A stretch of 47,483 nt of DNA from PVC group bacterium (GTDB taxonomy: Bacteria; Auribacterota; Erginobacteria; Erginobacterales; Erginobacteraceae). This document shows, one piece after another, positions 36,399 to 46,730 of the stretch. A program made the translations under genes and the position numbers. The notes under the pieces were generated by a model. The model worked only from the letters and a program-made list of their open reading frames with translations. It did no database searches and was not told the DNA's origin. Numbering within the stretch: the first letter of the stretch is position 1; every line of letters starts with the position of its first letter. The DNA lies in the NCBI GenBank assembly GCA_043804695.1, contig JAZDIV010000040.1:1-47483 (forward strand). Direction: 5' to 3'.

Positions 36399-37908
36399 TC
36401 AGTAGTGCCCCGGCTTTTCAAAGAGACATACCTCTATATCCATTTCACCATGAGCCTGGAAGTTGTAGTAAGGAAACCGCCGGCATTCGATCAAATCAAA
36501 TGACTCCCCCAGTTCTTTTTTTCATCAATCCCCAGCGGTCGCCGCTCTGGCAGAGGATCAACCACACCCGGCGCTGTTTTTGCGTAATTTGAGCAAGCTT
36601 TTGGATATTGTTATCGTCAACTAAATCACCGGTAGGGGAACTTCGCTTTAATATATCGGTTCTGGTTGAATAATAATTAAAAATATTTCTTAAATAGGAT
36701 CCTGAGTTAAAAATGAGTAAATCCCCGGCCTGAGCTTCTGATTCGATGTATTTTACAACTTCCCGCCATCGCTCTTTTTTAACTTCGGCATAATAACCCC
36801 GCAGGTTGATGAGAAGAATAAAGACAATGATAGACCCGATGATTATTTGTATTATTTTATTCCGTATGCTCTTTACTCCTTGAGCAGCCAGTAAATAAAG
36901 TGCCGGAGATGCTGCGATGGTAACTCTGGTGATATATATCGGTCGAAAAAACTTAGAAATGATAAAGGGTAATAAGATCGGGGTCAGCACCCATACCATA
37001 CATAAGTAAATCCCGGGCAGATCTTTGATGCGTTCTCCCCGCGTTGAACATTTAAATAAGTTTGAAATAATTTTCCGCTTATTTTGTGTTTGAAAGAAAG
37101 ATATGAAGATAACAATAATTACTAGGACGAAAAAAAGCACATATAAGACCGGTCCTCCAGAATAATCCAGAAGTGTTTGCTGAATTGATCGCAACGAAAC
37201 CGGCCCCATCCACCAATTTTTCTGAATCCTCGTCCACTGATTGATCACAATCCTAAGCCAGGGCAGGAAGAACAGGACCGGAATTATCTGGAGTATAATC
37301 CATTTGATAAAAGTAAATTCGCCCGCTCTTCTAAAACGAAGAAAAAGTGTAAGCATAAAAATATTTTGGGCTGTTATTATTAAAAACCCGAAATTATGAG
37401 TGTACAGAAGCAAGATATTAGATAGCATATAACCGGCCATTCGAAAAAAATTTTGAGTCCGCAGCAGCAGCAGGAAAGAAACCATGGAACAGAGAGAGAG
37501 GAGAGTGATCAAGGTATACATTCTCGCTTCCTGGGAAAAATAGATATGAAACTGTGATAGCGATAAAATCAAAGCTGCTATAAGACCTGCCGATCGGTCG
37601 AACAACAATTTACCGGCCATGTAAATCATTGCTATGGATAATAAGCCAAAAATTGAAGAAAGAAGCCTGATCGAGATCTCACTGTAGCCGAAAAGAGCTG
37701 CCCAGTAATGAAGGATAAAATAATAGAACGGAGGATGGAAGTCTTTCGAAGAAGATTTTTCTACTATCTGCGTTATGCTCATGCGTGCTGTTCTGATCGT
37801 GCCTCCTTCATCAAACCACAGACTCTCACTACCCAGCTGATAAAGCCGTAAGAAAAGGCCAGCCAGAAGGATAATTAATAAAATCCAGGTTTCCTTTTTA
37901 ATTTTCAT
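36399..37908 (-). CDS. GT39/PMT-like glycosyltransferase with a probable frameshift near the 3' end
   Basis: SLWFDE, HPPFYY, SQEARMY. AT-rich. ORF stops at 36496, but removing one A from the A7 run (36516-36522) extends it to TGA at 36401-36399. Confidence 0.85.
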
Positions 37909-38005
37909 AAAGTGATCGAGTTAGGTGTATCTTATTTAACAATACCAAAAAATGGCAGAAAAGAAACCGGCGGATATTCATAAATTTGATAGAATTTCAG
38001 TGGAT

Positions 38006-39244
38006 ATGTATTTAGTGATAATCCTGCTCATCCTCATCGGGAAGTATCTTTTCGATGTCGTTATTGAAACGCTCAATCTCAGGCACATCGATCCGGAACT
38101 TCCCCCGGAATTCAACGGTTATTACAACGACGAAAAGTACCGGGCCTCCCAGTGCTACCTCAGAGAGAGCACCCGGCTGAGCATCATCGCCGGGAGCGTT
38201 CTTACCCCCCTGATCGTGGCGTTCATCCTGCTGGGCGGCTTTAACCTGGTCGATACCGCCGCCCGCGCCGGAGCCTTCGGCGAGATTCCGCGGGGTCTGA
38301 TCTTCGGCGGGTGCCTTTTTCTCCTCTCCTCACTGGCCAACATCCCCTTCTCCGCCCGCCGGACTTTCGTCATCGAAGAGAAATACGGTTTCAACCGGAC
38401 TTCGGTGAAGACCTTCATTCTCGATATCCTCAAGGGCTGGGGGCTGGCCGCCGTGATCGGCGGGGGGGTTTTCGCGGCCATCATCTGGATCTTCACCGCC
38501 GCCGGGCCCGCCGCGTGGATCTTCTGCTGGGGGGCGGTCACCGTTTTTCAGCTCTTGATCCTCTTTGTCGCCCCGGTGACAATCATGCCGCTCTTCAACA
38601 GGTTCACCCCCCTGGAAGAGGGCGAGCTGAAGAGACGGATCGAGGAGTACGCCCGGAGGCAGTCTTTGAGGATGAAAGGCGTCTTCACCATGGATGCCTC
38701 CCGGCGTTCAGCCAAAACCAACGCTTTCTTCACCGGCTTCGGAAGGTTCCGGCGGATCGTCCTTTTCGACACCCTGATCCAACGGCATACCGTCGATGAA
38801 CTCCTCGCCATCCTCGCCCACGAGACCGGCCATTACCGGAAGCAGCACATCCTGAAGAACATCGCCGTCTCCGTCCTCTCCACCGGCCTGATGTTCTTCA
38901 TCCTCTCCCGGTTCATCAACAACCGGGGATTGTTTGACGCTTTCCGGATGAGCCGGACATCGGTGTATGCCGGCCTTTTCTTTTTCGCCTTTCTCTATGC
39001 CCCGATCGACGTGATCATATCGATCATCGGCAACCTTCTCTCCCGCCGTTTCGAGTATGAAGCCGACGGCTACGCGGCCCGGACCACCGGAAATCCGGGG
39101 GCAATGGTCGCCGCCCTGAAAAAGCTGAGCGTCGATAACCTCTCCAACCTCACCCCCCACCCGCTCAAAGTTTTCTTCAGCTACCGCCACCCGCCGGTCC
39201 TGGAGAGAATCCGGGCCCTGAAAAAATTCCGGGAGAGCGAATAA
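38006..39244 (+). CDS. M48 family (Ste24-like) metallopeptidase
   Basis: IEEKYGFN, NAFFTGFG, LAHETGH, SRRFEYEAD, HPPVLERI. Start uncertain (37952-38006). Confidence 0.93.
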   Translation: MYLVIILLILIGKYLFDVVIETLNLRHIDPELPPEFNGYYNDEKYRASQCYLRESTRLSIIAGSVLTPLIVAFILLGGFNLVDTAARAGAFGEIPRGLIFGGCLFLLSSLANIPFSARRTFVIEEKYGFNRTSVKTFILDILKGWGLAAVIGGGVFAAIIWIFTAAGPAAWIFCWGAVTVFQLLILFVAPVTIMPLFNRFTPLEEGELKRRIEEYARRQSLRMKGVFTMDASRRSAKTNAFFTGFGRFRRIVLFDTLIQRHTVDELLAILAHETGHYRKQHILKNIAVSVLSTGLMFFILSRFINNRGLFDAFRMSRTSVYAGLFFFAFLYAPIDVIISIIGNLLSRRFEYEADGYAARTTGNPGAMVAALKKLSVDNLSNLTPHPLKVFFSYRHPPVLERIRALKKFRESE

Positions 39245-39258
39245 GATTCCCGCGGAGG

Positions 39259-41298
39259 CTACTCCCCGAGCACTTCATCGAGCACGGATTCCAGTTTCTC
39301 CCGGGTGAAAGGCTTGGTGAAGGAGGCGACGAACCCGGGATCCCGGAAGCCCGCAAGAGCCGGATCGTTCTGGTAGCCGCTGTAGAGGATCGATTTCACC
39401 CCGGGATCGATCTCCCGTAGCCGCCGGAGAATTTCCAGGCCGTTGAGCCCGTTCGAAATCGCCAGATCGAGCAAGACCGCATCAAACGGGCGGCCGGCCT
39501 GCCTGGCCAGACGGAACATCTCAACCGCCAGTTGACCGTCGGGGGCGCACTCCGTTTCATAGCCCATACTGGCCAGAAGTTTCCCGGCCAGGATCCGGAG
39601 GTCTTCCTGGTCATCCATGACCAGAACTCTCCGACTCCGGGTCGAGCCCCCCGCCGGTTCTTCCCGGACCGGAAAATAAATCTGAAACGTGCTCCCCCGG
39701 CCGGGATCGCTCTCCACCTGGATGAAGCCGCCCAGCTGCTCCACAATCCCGTAGATGATTGAGAGCCCGAGGCCGGAGTTATTCCCGGCGTCCTTGGTGG
39801 AGAAGAAGGGCTCGAACAGGCGTCCCCGTTTCTCCTTGTCCACCCCGCAGCCGGTATCCCGGACCGAGAGCACGACATAGGGGCCGGGCTGCTTCCCGAT
39901 GATCCGGGGTACCGGGGAGCGGCCCAGCTCGACATTATCGGTCTTGACGGTGATCGTCCCCCGCCGGGGGATGGCTTCCCGGGCATTGAAGACCAGGTTG
40001 ATGACGATTTGCTCCAGCTGGCTCCGGTCGGCCCGGATCGTCCGCAAGCCCGGCGCCGGGAGAATGGTGAGCTCGATGCTCCGGCCGCAGACCCGCCAGA
40101 GCATCCCTTCGAGGTCGGTCAGAATGGCGTTGAGATCAATGATCTCCGGATGGATCGATTGACGTCGTCCGACGGCAAAAAGCTTCCGGATCAGGGAACC
40201 GGCCCGGACAACGGTGTTCTCCAGCTCCCCGATCTCCGCCTGGAGCGGGTCTTTTTCGTGGAGCTTGTTTTTCAGGATTTCAACATACCCCCGGATAGCG
40301 TTCAATAGATTGCCGAAATCATGGGCCATCCCGCCCGCCAGGGAAGCCACCGCTTCCATCTTCTGGGCCTGCCGAAGCTGTTCCTCCAGCCGCCGCTTCT
40401 CTTTTTCCGCCCGGTCGCGTTCGCTGATGTCGATCGCGGTCGCCGAGAGATAGCGCGGGTTTCCGGCGGCGTCCTTGATCACGGTCGCGTTCATCAGGGT
40501 CGGGAAGACGGCCCCGTCCCTTTTTTTATGCCAGACTTTTTCGGTAGAGAAAAAGCCGGCGGCCAGCAGGCGGTAATTGAGGCGGTCCACCTGCAGCATC
40601 TGCTCCGGGGTGTGCAAAACCGACAGGTGTTTTCCGATCAGCTCCCCCGGCGTGTACTGATGGAGCCGGGCGAAACACCGGTTGACATATACCAGGTTTC
40701 CTTCCTGGTCGGCGAGCGCGATGCCGTAATTAGCCTCGTCGGCAATGGTCTTGAATTTTATCAGTTCTTCTTCCGCCTGCGCGCGCCGGGCGTTCGTTCC
40801 GGCCAGCTCGGCGGTCCGTTCCGCCATCTGTTTTTTCAGTTCGTCTCGGGACTGCCGGAGAGATTGCTCCAGTTGCTCCCGTTCTGACAGGTCGATGTCG
40901 ATGCAGAAGAGAAGCGGCTCCCCGCTCCCGGTAACGACGGCGGTGTGAATGGAATACACCGGGACCGGCCGGCCGTCTTTTCTCCGCAAGAGCAGCTCGC
41001 CGGGGGGAATAAATTCTCCGGACTCTTTCACGTCGCCCCCGATCTCGAGTGCCTGATGAAAGAACGGTTTGAGATCGGGTGGGATGATCAGTTCGCCCAG
41101 ATTTTTCCCGAGCGCTTCCCGGGCCGGATAGCCGTACACCTGTTCGCTGGCTTTATTCCAGTAAAAAACCGTGCCATCCGGATGATAGCCCTGGATGGAT
41201 ACGCCGGGAAGATGTTCCGCCAAGGAAACAAGGGCAAGCCGGTGATCTGGAGCTTTCCGTTTGGTCATATTCCTGTACCGTAGAGGGAACGCTGCCAT
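39259..41298 (-). CDS. Hybrid sensor histidine kinase (two PAS, HisKA, HATPase, REC)
   Basis: [52 protein letters not shown]. Confidence 0.93.
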   Translation of the reverse strand: MAAFPLRYRNMTKRKAPDHRLALVSLAEHLPGVSIQGYHPDGTVFYWNKASEQVYGYPAREALGKNLGELIIPPDLKPFFHQALEIGGDVKESGEFIPPGELLLRRKDGRPVPVYSIHTAVVTGSGEPLLFCIDIDLSEREQLEQSLRQSRDELKKQMAERTAELAGTNARRAQAEEELIKFKTIADEANYGIALADQEGNLVYVNRCFARLHQYTPGELIGKHLSVLHTPEQMLQVDRLNYRLLAAGFFSTEKVWHKKRDGAVFPTLMNATVIKDAAGNPRYLSATAIDISERDRAEKEKRRLEEQLRQAQKMEAVASLAGGMAHDFGNLLNAIRGYVEILKNKLHEKDPLQAEIGELENTVVRAGSLIRKLFAVGRRQSIHPEIIDLNAILTDLEGMLWRVCGRSIELTILPAPGLRTIRADRSQLEQIVINLVFNAREAIPRRGTITVKTDNVELGRSPVPRIIGKQPGPYVVLSVRDTGCGVDKEKRGRLFEPFFSTKDAGNNSGLGLSIIYGIVEQLGGFIQVESDPGRGSTFQIYFPVREEPAGGSTRSRRVLVMDDQEDLRILAGKLLASMGYETECAPDGQLAVEMFRLARQAGRPFDAVLLDLAISNGLNGLEILRRLREIDPGVKSILYSGYQNDPALAGFRDPGFVASFTKPFTREKLESVLDEVLGE

Positions 41299-41634
41299 CG
41301 CTTTGTTCGGGCAACGCCAGAGTTAAAAAGGTTGCGATTGAGAGGAACTGCCGAAAGCAACACGCCTCGATATAATCAGAACTTTTGACTGCGGTCAAAT
41401 ACTTTCAAACAGACGGCAGTTTGATACCGCGAGAGTGGGAAAATCGGGAAACGCGGGCGGGGGAAAAGAGCGGAGACAGCTATACCTTACACTTACTCGA
41501 AAAGGTATTTTAAGCGACTTATTCTCGAAGATGGCTTGAATTTTACCACGGAGAAAAAAATATATGTTAATGGATAGATTTCGCACATTTTTGGAATTCT
41601 CCGTGTTCCCTGTGTCCTCCGTGGTTTAAATTAG

Positions 41635-43677
41635 TTAGGGATAGATTTCCACATAGACCGGGCTCGAACCGACATAGATCCGTACGCGCCCGTTCTTCGA
41701 TCCGTCATAATCGCCGGCGCCCCCGTCTTCGATGGTCTGCTGGGCACCGAACTTATCGGTCACCGTCAGCCGACGGGCCGTGATGTTTATCGCCTCAACG
41801 GCGCTGTCATTCTCGATGTCGGTCCAGAGCACCTGCCGGGTCCGTCCGCCGCCGGTGGGCCGGAATGAATATCCCTCAACCCCACCCTGGCCGGCGTAAC
41901 CGGCGTACTTATACCCGGTCAGCTGGGAGGACATCACCTGGTAAGCCGTATAGGCTGGCTTCTCTGAGAGGTCCTCTCCCCTGAGGAGGCCGCCTTCGAA
42001 ACTGTCGCCCACGCGGGTCGTCAGCGGGAACCAGAGAATGCCACAAAGATCAGCGGCCAGACCGCGGGCATAAACGACCGGGACATATCGCGCCTGCAGT
42101 TCCAGGTAGTAGGGGTTCTCGTATCCCCAGATCCCCACTTCCGAGCAGATGACTGGCTTGTCGAGTCCGTAATATGCCAGCAAGGCCCTGAGATACGATG
42201 CTTTTCCCGCGACGCTGCCCCAGGCATCCTTCGCGAAGTAGTAGTAATGAAAGTTCATGTAGTCGAAATAGCCGCCCCCGCCGTTTTCGATAACGTCATT
42301 GATGAAACGGCGATTAAAATTACCGTCCACAGCCGGGTCGTCGGTGAAGTTATCGTAGGCCAGCCCTCCCAGGATCACCTGGGCTTCCGGATCGGCCCCC
42401 TTGATGGCCGGATACGCGTATTTAAGCATCTCGGCGTAGCGATCCCCATGCATCCCCCAGCAGCCGATCCCGGGGCCGTAAATATTCTTGGTCCCATCCG
42501 GCTCATTGAACAGCCCCCAGAACTTGATGTTATAGGGAGGGTTCTTATAGCGGTTGACCGCGGCCGAAAGAAATTCCGCAAAATCAGGGAGGGCGGCCCG
42601 GTCGATCGGCCCCGCAGCGACCGCCCCCGCCCACGAAGGGATATCAGCGATGCCCAGGATCAAAGTCTGGCCGTACTGGGGAAACAGACTCAGCATGTTA
42701 TCGAAGGAGCTCCACTTGTAATGCCCCGGGTCGGTATCCGCCGGCTCGACCGTTCTCCAGCTCAGGTAGCCGAACTGGGTCAGAGCGCTTCCCGCCTGGG
42801 AAAGCTTGCTCAACTGCGAAGAGTCTAAATATTTCCTCGTCGCCTCGATCCCCAATGCGGGCAGGACCGGTGTCTGCCAGTTAATCCTCGATGAGACCGG
42901 GATATCGCCCGAGCGGCCAAAATAGCTGCGGGTGATCCCCTTCACCGCCCAGAGCCCGGTCGTGGAGCGGAAGAGGCCGAGGTCGGCGGTGCGGTCTCCG
43001 TTATAATCGCCGGGGAGGGGGATATCCCCGGAACCTCCGAAATAAGTCCGGGTGACGCCCCGGACCGCCCAGAGGCCGCTGCTCTGGACGAAGACCGCCA
43101 GGTCCGCCCGGCCGTTCCCGTTGAAATCCGCCGGAACGGGGCTATGGGTGGAAGAGCCGAAGTACGCCCGGGTAATCCCTCGAACCGCCCAGAGGCCGGA
43201 GGCTTTCCGGAAGACGCCGATGTCACACTTCCCGTCTCCGTTGTAATCGGCGGGGATCGGAGTGTCTCCGGAACTCCCGAAATACGCCCGGGTGACGCCC
43301 CGAACCGCCCAGAGGCCAGACCCACTGCGGAAAACGGCGATATCGTAAAGTCCGTCTCCATTATAGTCTCCGCTGACGGCATCGTCACCGAACCGGCCGA
43401 AATATACCCGCGTGATCCCCTGGATCGCCCAGAGGCCCTTCGAAGCCCGGAACGCGCCGATCTCGCACTTGCCGTCGCCGTTGTAATCGCCCGGGACGAC
43501 CATGTCTCCGGCGACACCGAAATATCTCCGAGTTACCGCGCGCAGCGCCCAGAGACCGGTCAGGGGACGGAAAACGCCCATGGAATCCGTCCCGTTCCCG
43601 GAGTAATCAAACCCCCGGACCGACGGCGCCGGGACGAGCATGATCAGAACCAGCGGGAAAATGTATTTCTTCAGCAT
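41635..43677 (-). CDS. Secreted protein: six FG-GAP-like repeats plus a clan GH-A glycoside hydrolase domain
   Basis: Signal peptide, 40-aa (120-bp) repeats, FNEPD acid/base, FHYY, PVICSEVG nucleophile, EKPAY. Confidence 0.85.
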   Translation of the reverse strand: MLKKYIFPLVLIMLVPAPSVRGFDYSGNGTDSMGVFRPLTGLWALRAVTRRYFGVAGDMVVPGDYNGDGKCEIGAFRASKGLWAIQGITRVYFGRFGDDAVSGDYNGDGLYDIAVFRSGSGLWAVRGVTRAYFGSSGDTPIPADYNGDGKCDIGVFRKASGLWAVRGITRAYFGSSTHSPVPADFNGNGRADLAVFVQSSGLWAVRGVTRTYFGGSGDIPLPGDYNGDRTADLGLFRSTTGLWAVKGITRSYFGRSGDIPVSSRINWQTPVLPALGIEATRKYLDSSQLSKLSQAGSALTQFGYLSWRTVEPADTDPGHYKWSSFDNMLSLFPQYGQTLILGIADIPSWAGAVAAGPIDRAALPDFAEFLSAAVNRYKNPPYNIKFWGLFNEPDGTKNIYGPGIGCWGMHGDRYAEMLKYAYPAIKGADPEAQVILGGLAYDNFTDDPAVDGNFNRRFINDVIENGGGGYFDYMNFHYYYFAKDAWGSVAGKASYLRALLAYYGLDKPVICSEVGIWGYENPYYLELQARYVPVVYARGLAADLCGILWFPLTTRVGDSFEGGLLRGEDLSEKPAYTAYQVMSSQLTGYKYAGYAGQGGVEGYSFRPTGGGRTRQVLWTDIENDSAVEAINITARRLTVTDKFGAQQTIEDGGAGDYDGSKNGRVRIYVGSSPVYVEIYP

Positions 43678-43944
43678 TCTTTCCGTCCACCTTTTTTTCT
43701 CTATTCCGACCAGCCGTATCTTGATGTGATCTTACGGATATACCTCGGCGATACCTTTTATACCATAAAATTGCGTGAAGTGCTATAGCTTTGCCGGGAG
43801 GAAGTCAAGCATTTTTTCCTCTTCGATCAGTAATGAAGCGGGCGGGCTCCTTTTTCAGGGGGGCTGATCACATTTCGCCGGACTCCTACTGTACAGCGGC
43901 CCGCGGGCGAGGCCCAATTGAATCCTGCGGCGATGCCGGCCGGG

Positions 43945-45129
43945 TCAGGCAACGCACACCAGCCCCTTCAGGTAGGCCCCCTCGGGAAAGTTCAGGGCCA
44001 CGGGATGGTCGGGCGGCGGGCCGAGCCTCCGGACCGCCCGGACCTCCCGCCCGGCGTCCAGGGCCGCCCAGGCCACGATCTTCCGGAAGAGGTCGTCCCC
44101 GACGTGACTGGAGCAGGAGAAGGTGAAGAGAGCCCCGCCCGGCTTCAGCAGCTTGAGGGCGAGGAGATTGATGTCCTTGTAGGCGCGGGAGGCCTTTTCC
44201 ACCTGCCCGCGGGACTCCGCGAATTTCGGGGGGTCGAGGACGACCAGGTCGAAGCGGCGGCGGGAATCGCGGTAGAGCCGCATGACGGCGGCGGCGTTCC
44301 CGCGGACGTTCTCCGCTTTCCCCGGGTCAAGGCCGTTCAGGGCCAGGTTGCGCGCGGCCAGGTCCAGCGCTTCGGCCGCGGAATCGATATTGACCGCCGA
44401 TTCCGCTCCCGCCCGGAGGGCGGCCACCGCGAACCCTCCCGTGTAGGAAAAGCAGTTCAGCACCCGCGCACCCGGGGCGTATTCGGCCAGGGCGGCGCGG
44501 TTTTCCCGCTGGTCGAGGTAAAAACCCGTCTTCTGCCCCTGCTTCAGATCAACCAGGAACCGGCACTCCCCTTCCCGGATCTCCACCAGGTCGGGGGGCG
44601 TCTTTCCCCGGAGCGTCCCCGATCGCCTCGGGAGCCCCTCCTTCTCCCGGCTCCTCCCGTCGGAACGCTCGTAAATCCCCTCGGGGGGGACAAGCCGGCC
44701 CAGTTCCTCCGCGATCGCTTCTTTCCAGCGCTCGGGCCCCGCCGCCAGGAACTGGCAGACCAGGAACCCCCCGTACCGGTCCACGATCAGCCCGGGGAGA
44801 CCGTCCGATTCGCCGTGGACAAGACGGCAGGCGTGGTCCGGGTCGGCCAAGCGCCGGAGAGAGCAGAGGTCGAGAGCCCGGCAGAGGCGGTCCCGGAAGA
44901 AGGCGGGGCCGACCGCCTCACTCTCCTCGAAGGTCCAGACCCGGACCCTGATCTGGGAATGGGGGGAGTAGGCCCCGCGCCCGAGCCATCGGCCGGCGGA
45001 GCTTCTGATCTCCACGGTTTCTCCGGGGGCCGGACCGCCCGCGACCGCCGCCACCGCCCCCGAGAAGACCCACGGGTGGCGCCGGAGCAGCGACGCTTCA
45101 TGTTTGGGTTTAAGAATAACCGATCCCAC
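43945..45129 (-). CDS. rlmI: RlmI-like SAM-dependent rRNA m5C methyltransferase
   Basis: PUA HPWVFSG, GESDGLPGL.VDRY, GQKTGFYLDQRENR, VLDPPKF, TFSCS, YLKG. Confidence 0.9.
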   Translation of the reverse strand: MGSVILKPKHEASLLRRHPWVFSGAVAAVAGGPAPGETVEIRSSAGRWLGRGAYSPHSQIRVRVWTFEESEAVGPAFFRDRLCRALDLCSLRRLADPDHACRLVHGESDGLPGLIVDRYGGFLVCQFLAAGPERWKEAIAEELGRLVPPEGIYERSDGRSREKEGLPRRSGTLRGKTPPDLVEIREGECRFLVDLKQGQKTGFYLDQRENRAALAEYAPGARVLNCFSYTGGFAVAALRAGAESAVNIDSAAEALDLAARNLALNGLDPGKAENVRGNAAAVMRLYRDSRRRFDLVVLDPPKFAESRGQVEKASRAYKDINLLALKLLKPGGALFTFSCSSHVGDDLFRKIVAWAALDAGREVRAVRRLGPPPDHPVALNFPEGAYLKGLVCVA

Positions 45130-45209
45130 GCCTCGATTCCCCCCTTGACATTGGCATTGATCAGAGTATCAAATGTCCTCCGGGGTGTCAAAAGGCGCAT
45201 TACCCGGCG

Positions 45210-45644
45210 ATGAGTCGGGAAAAGCAGCTCGGACAAGAACCCGCGGGGGAGGAGAACCGCTTCTGCGCCTTCATCCTCCGGGGGGACTTCAGCCGGGTCC
45301 GGACCCGGTCCGTTCCCGCCCAGGAGAAGCCCTACCCCCCGCTGGCGCAGGTGACCGAGCATCAGCCGGTCTTCGATCTCTCCCCGGTCCGGGGTACCCT
45401 GATCGGGTTCCGGTCGCCGGCTTTTGTCAAGGGGGTGAACATCCCCGGGTTCCACCTGCACTTTCTGGCCGACGACCTTTCCGGCGGCGGGCACGTGCTT
45501 GATTTCGAGCTGACCGAAGGCGTCCTGGAAGCCGATACCATCCACGAATGGCTGCGGATCTGCCTCCCGGCCGGGAACTCGTCTTTCGACCGGGCGGACC
45601 TCGCCCGGGACCGGGCCGGGGAACTCCAAAAAGTGGAGAAATGA
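45210..45644 (+). pseudogene. Alpha-acetolactate decarboxylase, C-terminal half only
   Basis: RTRSVP.Q..PY, GFHLHF....GGGHVLD zinc motif. The N-terminal GDFG.GT...DGE region is absent. Confidence 0.75.
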
Positions 45645-45847
45645 GGCGGCCCGGTCTCTGGATTTAACAAGCACAAGACTGAAGCCGGTCCGCCGGCTCC
45701 GGGTCATCGTTTGGAACTTTCGCCGGAGCGCAGTCGAATTTACTCAGTCTCCCCGCCTGGCCCGTTCTTCCAAAATCATCGACTTATGCAACTGCCGCAC
45801 CAGCCTTCGCCCGGGCGTCGGCGGGCAGGCAAGGCGGCAGGGGTTTA

Positions 45848-46034
45848 CGCCCCCGGTCCCGGTTTTACCGTGGACCGGAGCGGAAGTTCAAAGGCTAATC
45901 TGCGACATTAAAATAACAACCGCCCCCGGTGGGTTTATCCCACCGGAGCAGAAGTTCAGAGGCTAATCTGCGACATTAAAATAACAACCGCCCCCGGTGG
46001 GTTTATCCCACCGGAGCGGAAGTTCAGCAGCTAA
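45848..46034. repeat. 68-bp tandem repeat (about 2.7 units), each unit with a GC hairpin followed by GGAGC(G/A)GAAGTTCA
   Basis: (G/A)GCTAA recurs at 45893, 45961 and 46029. Hairpin CCGGTGGG-tttat-CCCACCGG. Confidence 0.9.
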
Positions 46035-46204
46035 CGCAGGACACCAAACATAAAAACGACCCCTGCCGTTTTAGTCCCCCCCGAAGCTGCGAAGCAGTTT
46101 TTCGGGGCGCAGCAGGGGAGAAAGTTCGATGGCTGCAATATACAATAATTCCTTCTTTGTCGTTCCTATTGTTGATCCTTTCAGCTTTATTCCTCCAAAA
46201 TAAG

Positions 46205-46510
46205 TTACGGCAGACTGATTCCGGTTTTCCATATTTGTCGCTCAAACTTGAAGATTTCCCTGCGTCGAAGGCGACCCCGTTCCTGGTTTTGTTTCACCCA
46301 GGGGACATCCTCCCAGTTCGTCGTAAACCTGATTATCTCCATGATATCCCTCCCTTTTTCGGTCAGGTGAAAATACCAGATGACCCGGGATTTTCGCCCC
46401 CTCCATTCCCAATCTCGTTTATAAGTAAGAGAAATAATTTCCTTCTTTTCCAGATTGCGGATACTCCGCGAGATGGAAGCTAAATAACGGTGTCGCGTCT
46501 CACAATACAT
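46205..46510 (-). CDS. Small winged-HTH (MarR-like) protein, possibly N-truncated
   Basis: SISRSIRNLEKKEII...YFHLTEKGRDIM resembles a recognition helix plus wing. Confidence 0.55.
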   Translation of the reverse strand: MYCETRHRYLASISRSIRNLEKKEIISLTYKRDWEWRGRKSRVIWYFHLTEKGRDIMEIIRFTTNWEDVPWVKQNQERGRLRRREIFKFERQIWKTGISLP

Positions 46511-46591
46511 GAGACTGGCGTTTCACTTCTATTGAGACTCACTCCTCACCTGTCTCACGCCTCACTTGCTCTGTGTTTTTGAAGAACAATT

Positions 46592-46638
46592 AAACTCATG
46601 CTCATGCGCAAGCTCACGCGCGCGAGCATGAGTTTTTT
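46592..46638 (+). terminator. Terminator-like hairpin
   Basis: AAACTCATGCTC...GAGCATGAGTTT running into a T tract. Confidence 0.5.
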
Positions 46639-46699
46639 GTGTTCAGGGGATCTCATCCGGAGTGGTATTTTATCAAGGGAGGTATCAGGGTAAAGGGGT

Positions 46700-46730
46700 G
46701 GGGCCACGGGTAATGGACACCCGTGGCCCC
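46700..46730. repeat. 12-bp perfect inverted repeat
   Basis: GGGGCCACGGGT-aatggac-ACCCGTGGCCCC. Confidence 0.85.

Noticed and set aside
42890..43615. 120-bp DNA periodicity as a non-coding array or DGR template/variable repeat
   Set aside because: Explained by the 40-aa protein repeats. No adenine-specific mismatch pattern noticed and no RT.
45848..46034. CRISPR array
   Set aside because: The would-be spacers are nearly identical, there are only three units, and no cas genes are in the window.
45835..46068. Retron msr-msd suggested by the flanking inverted repeat
   Set aside because: No reverse transcriptase ORF in the window and no recognisable msr features.
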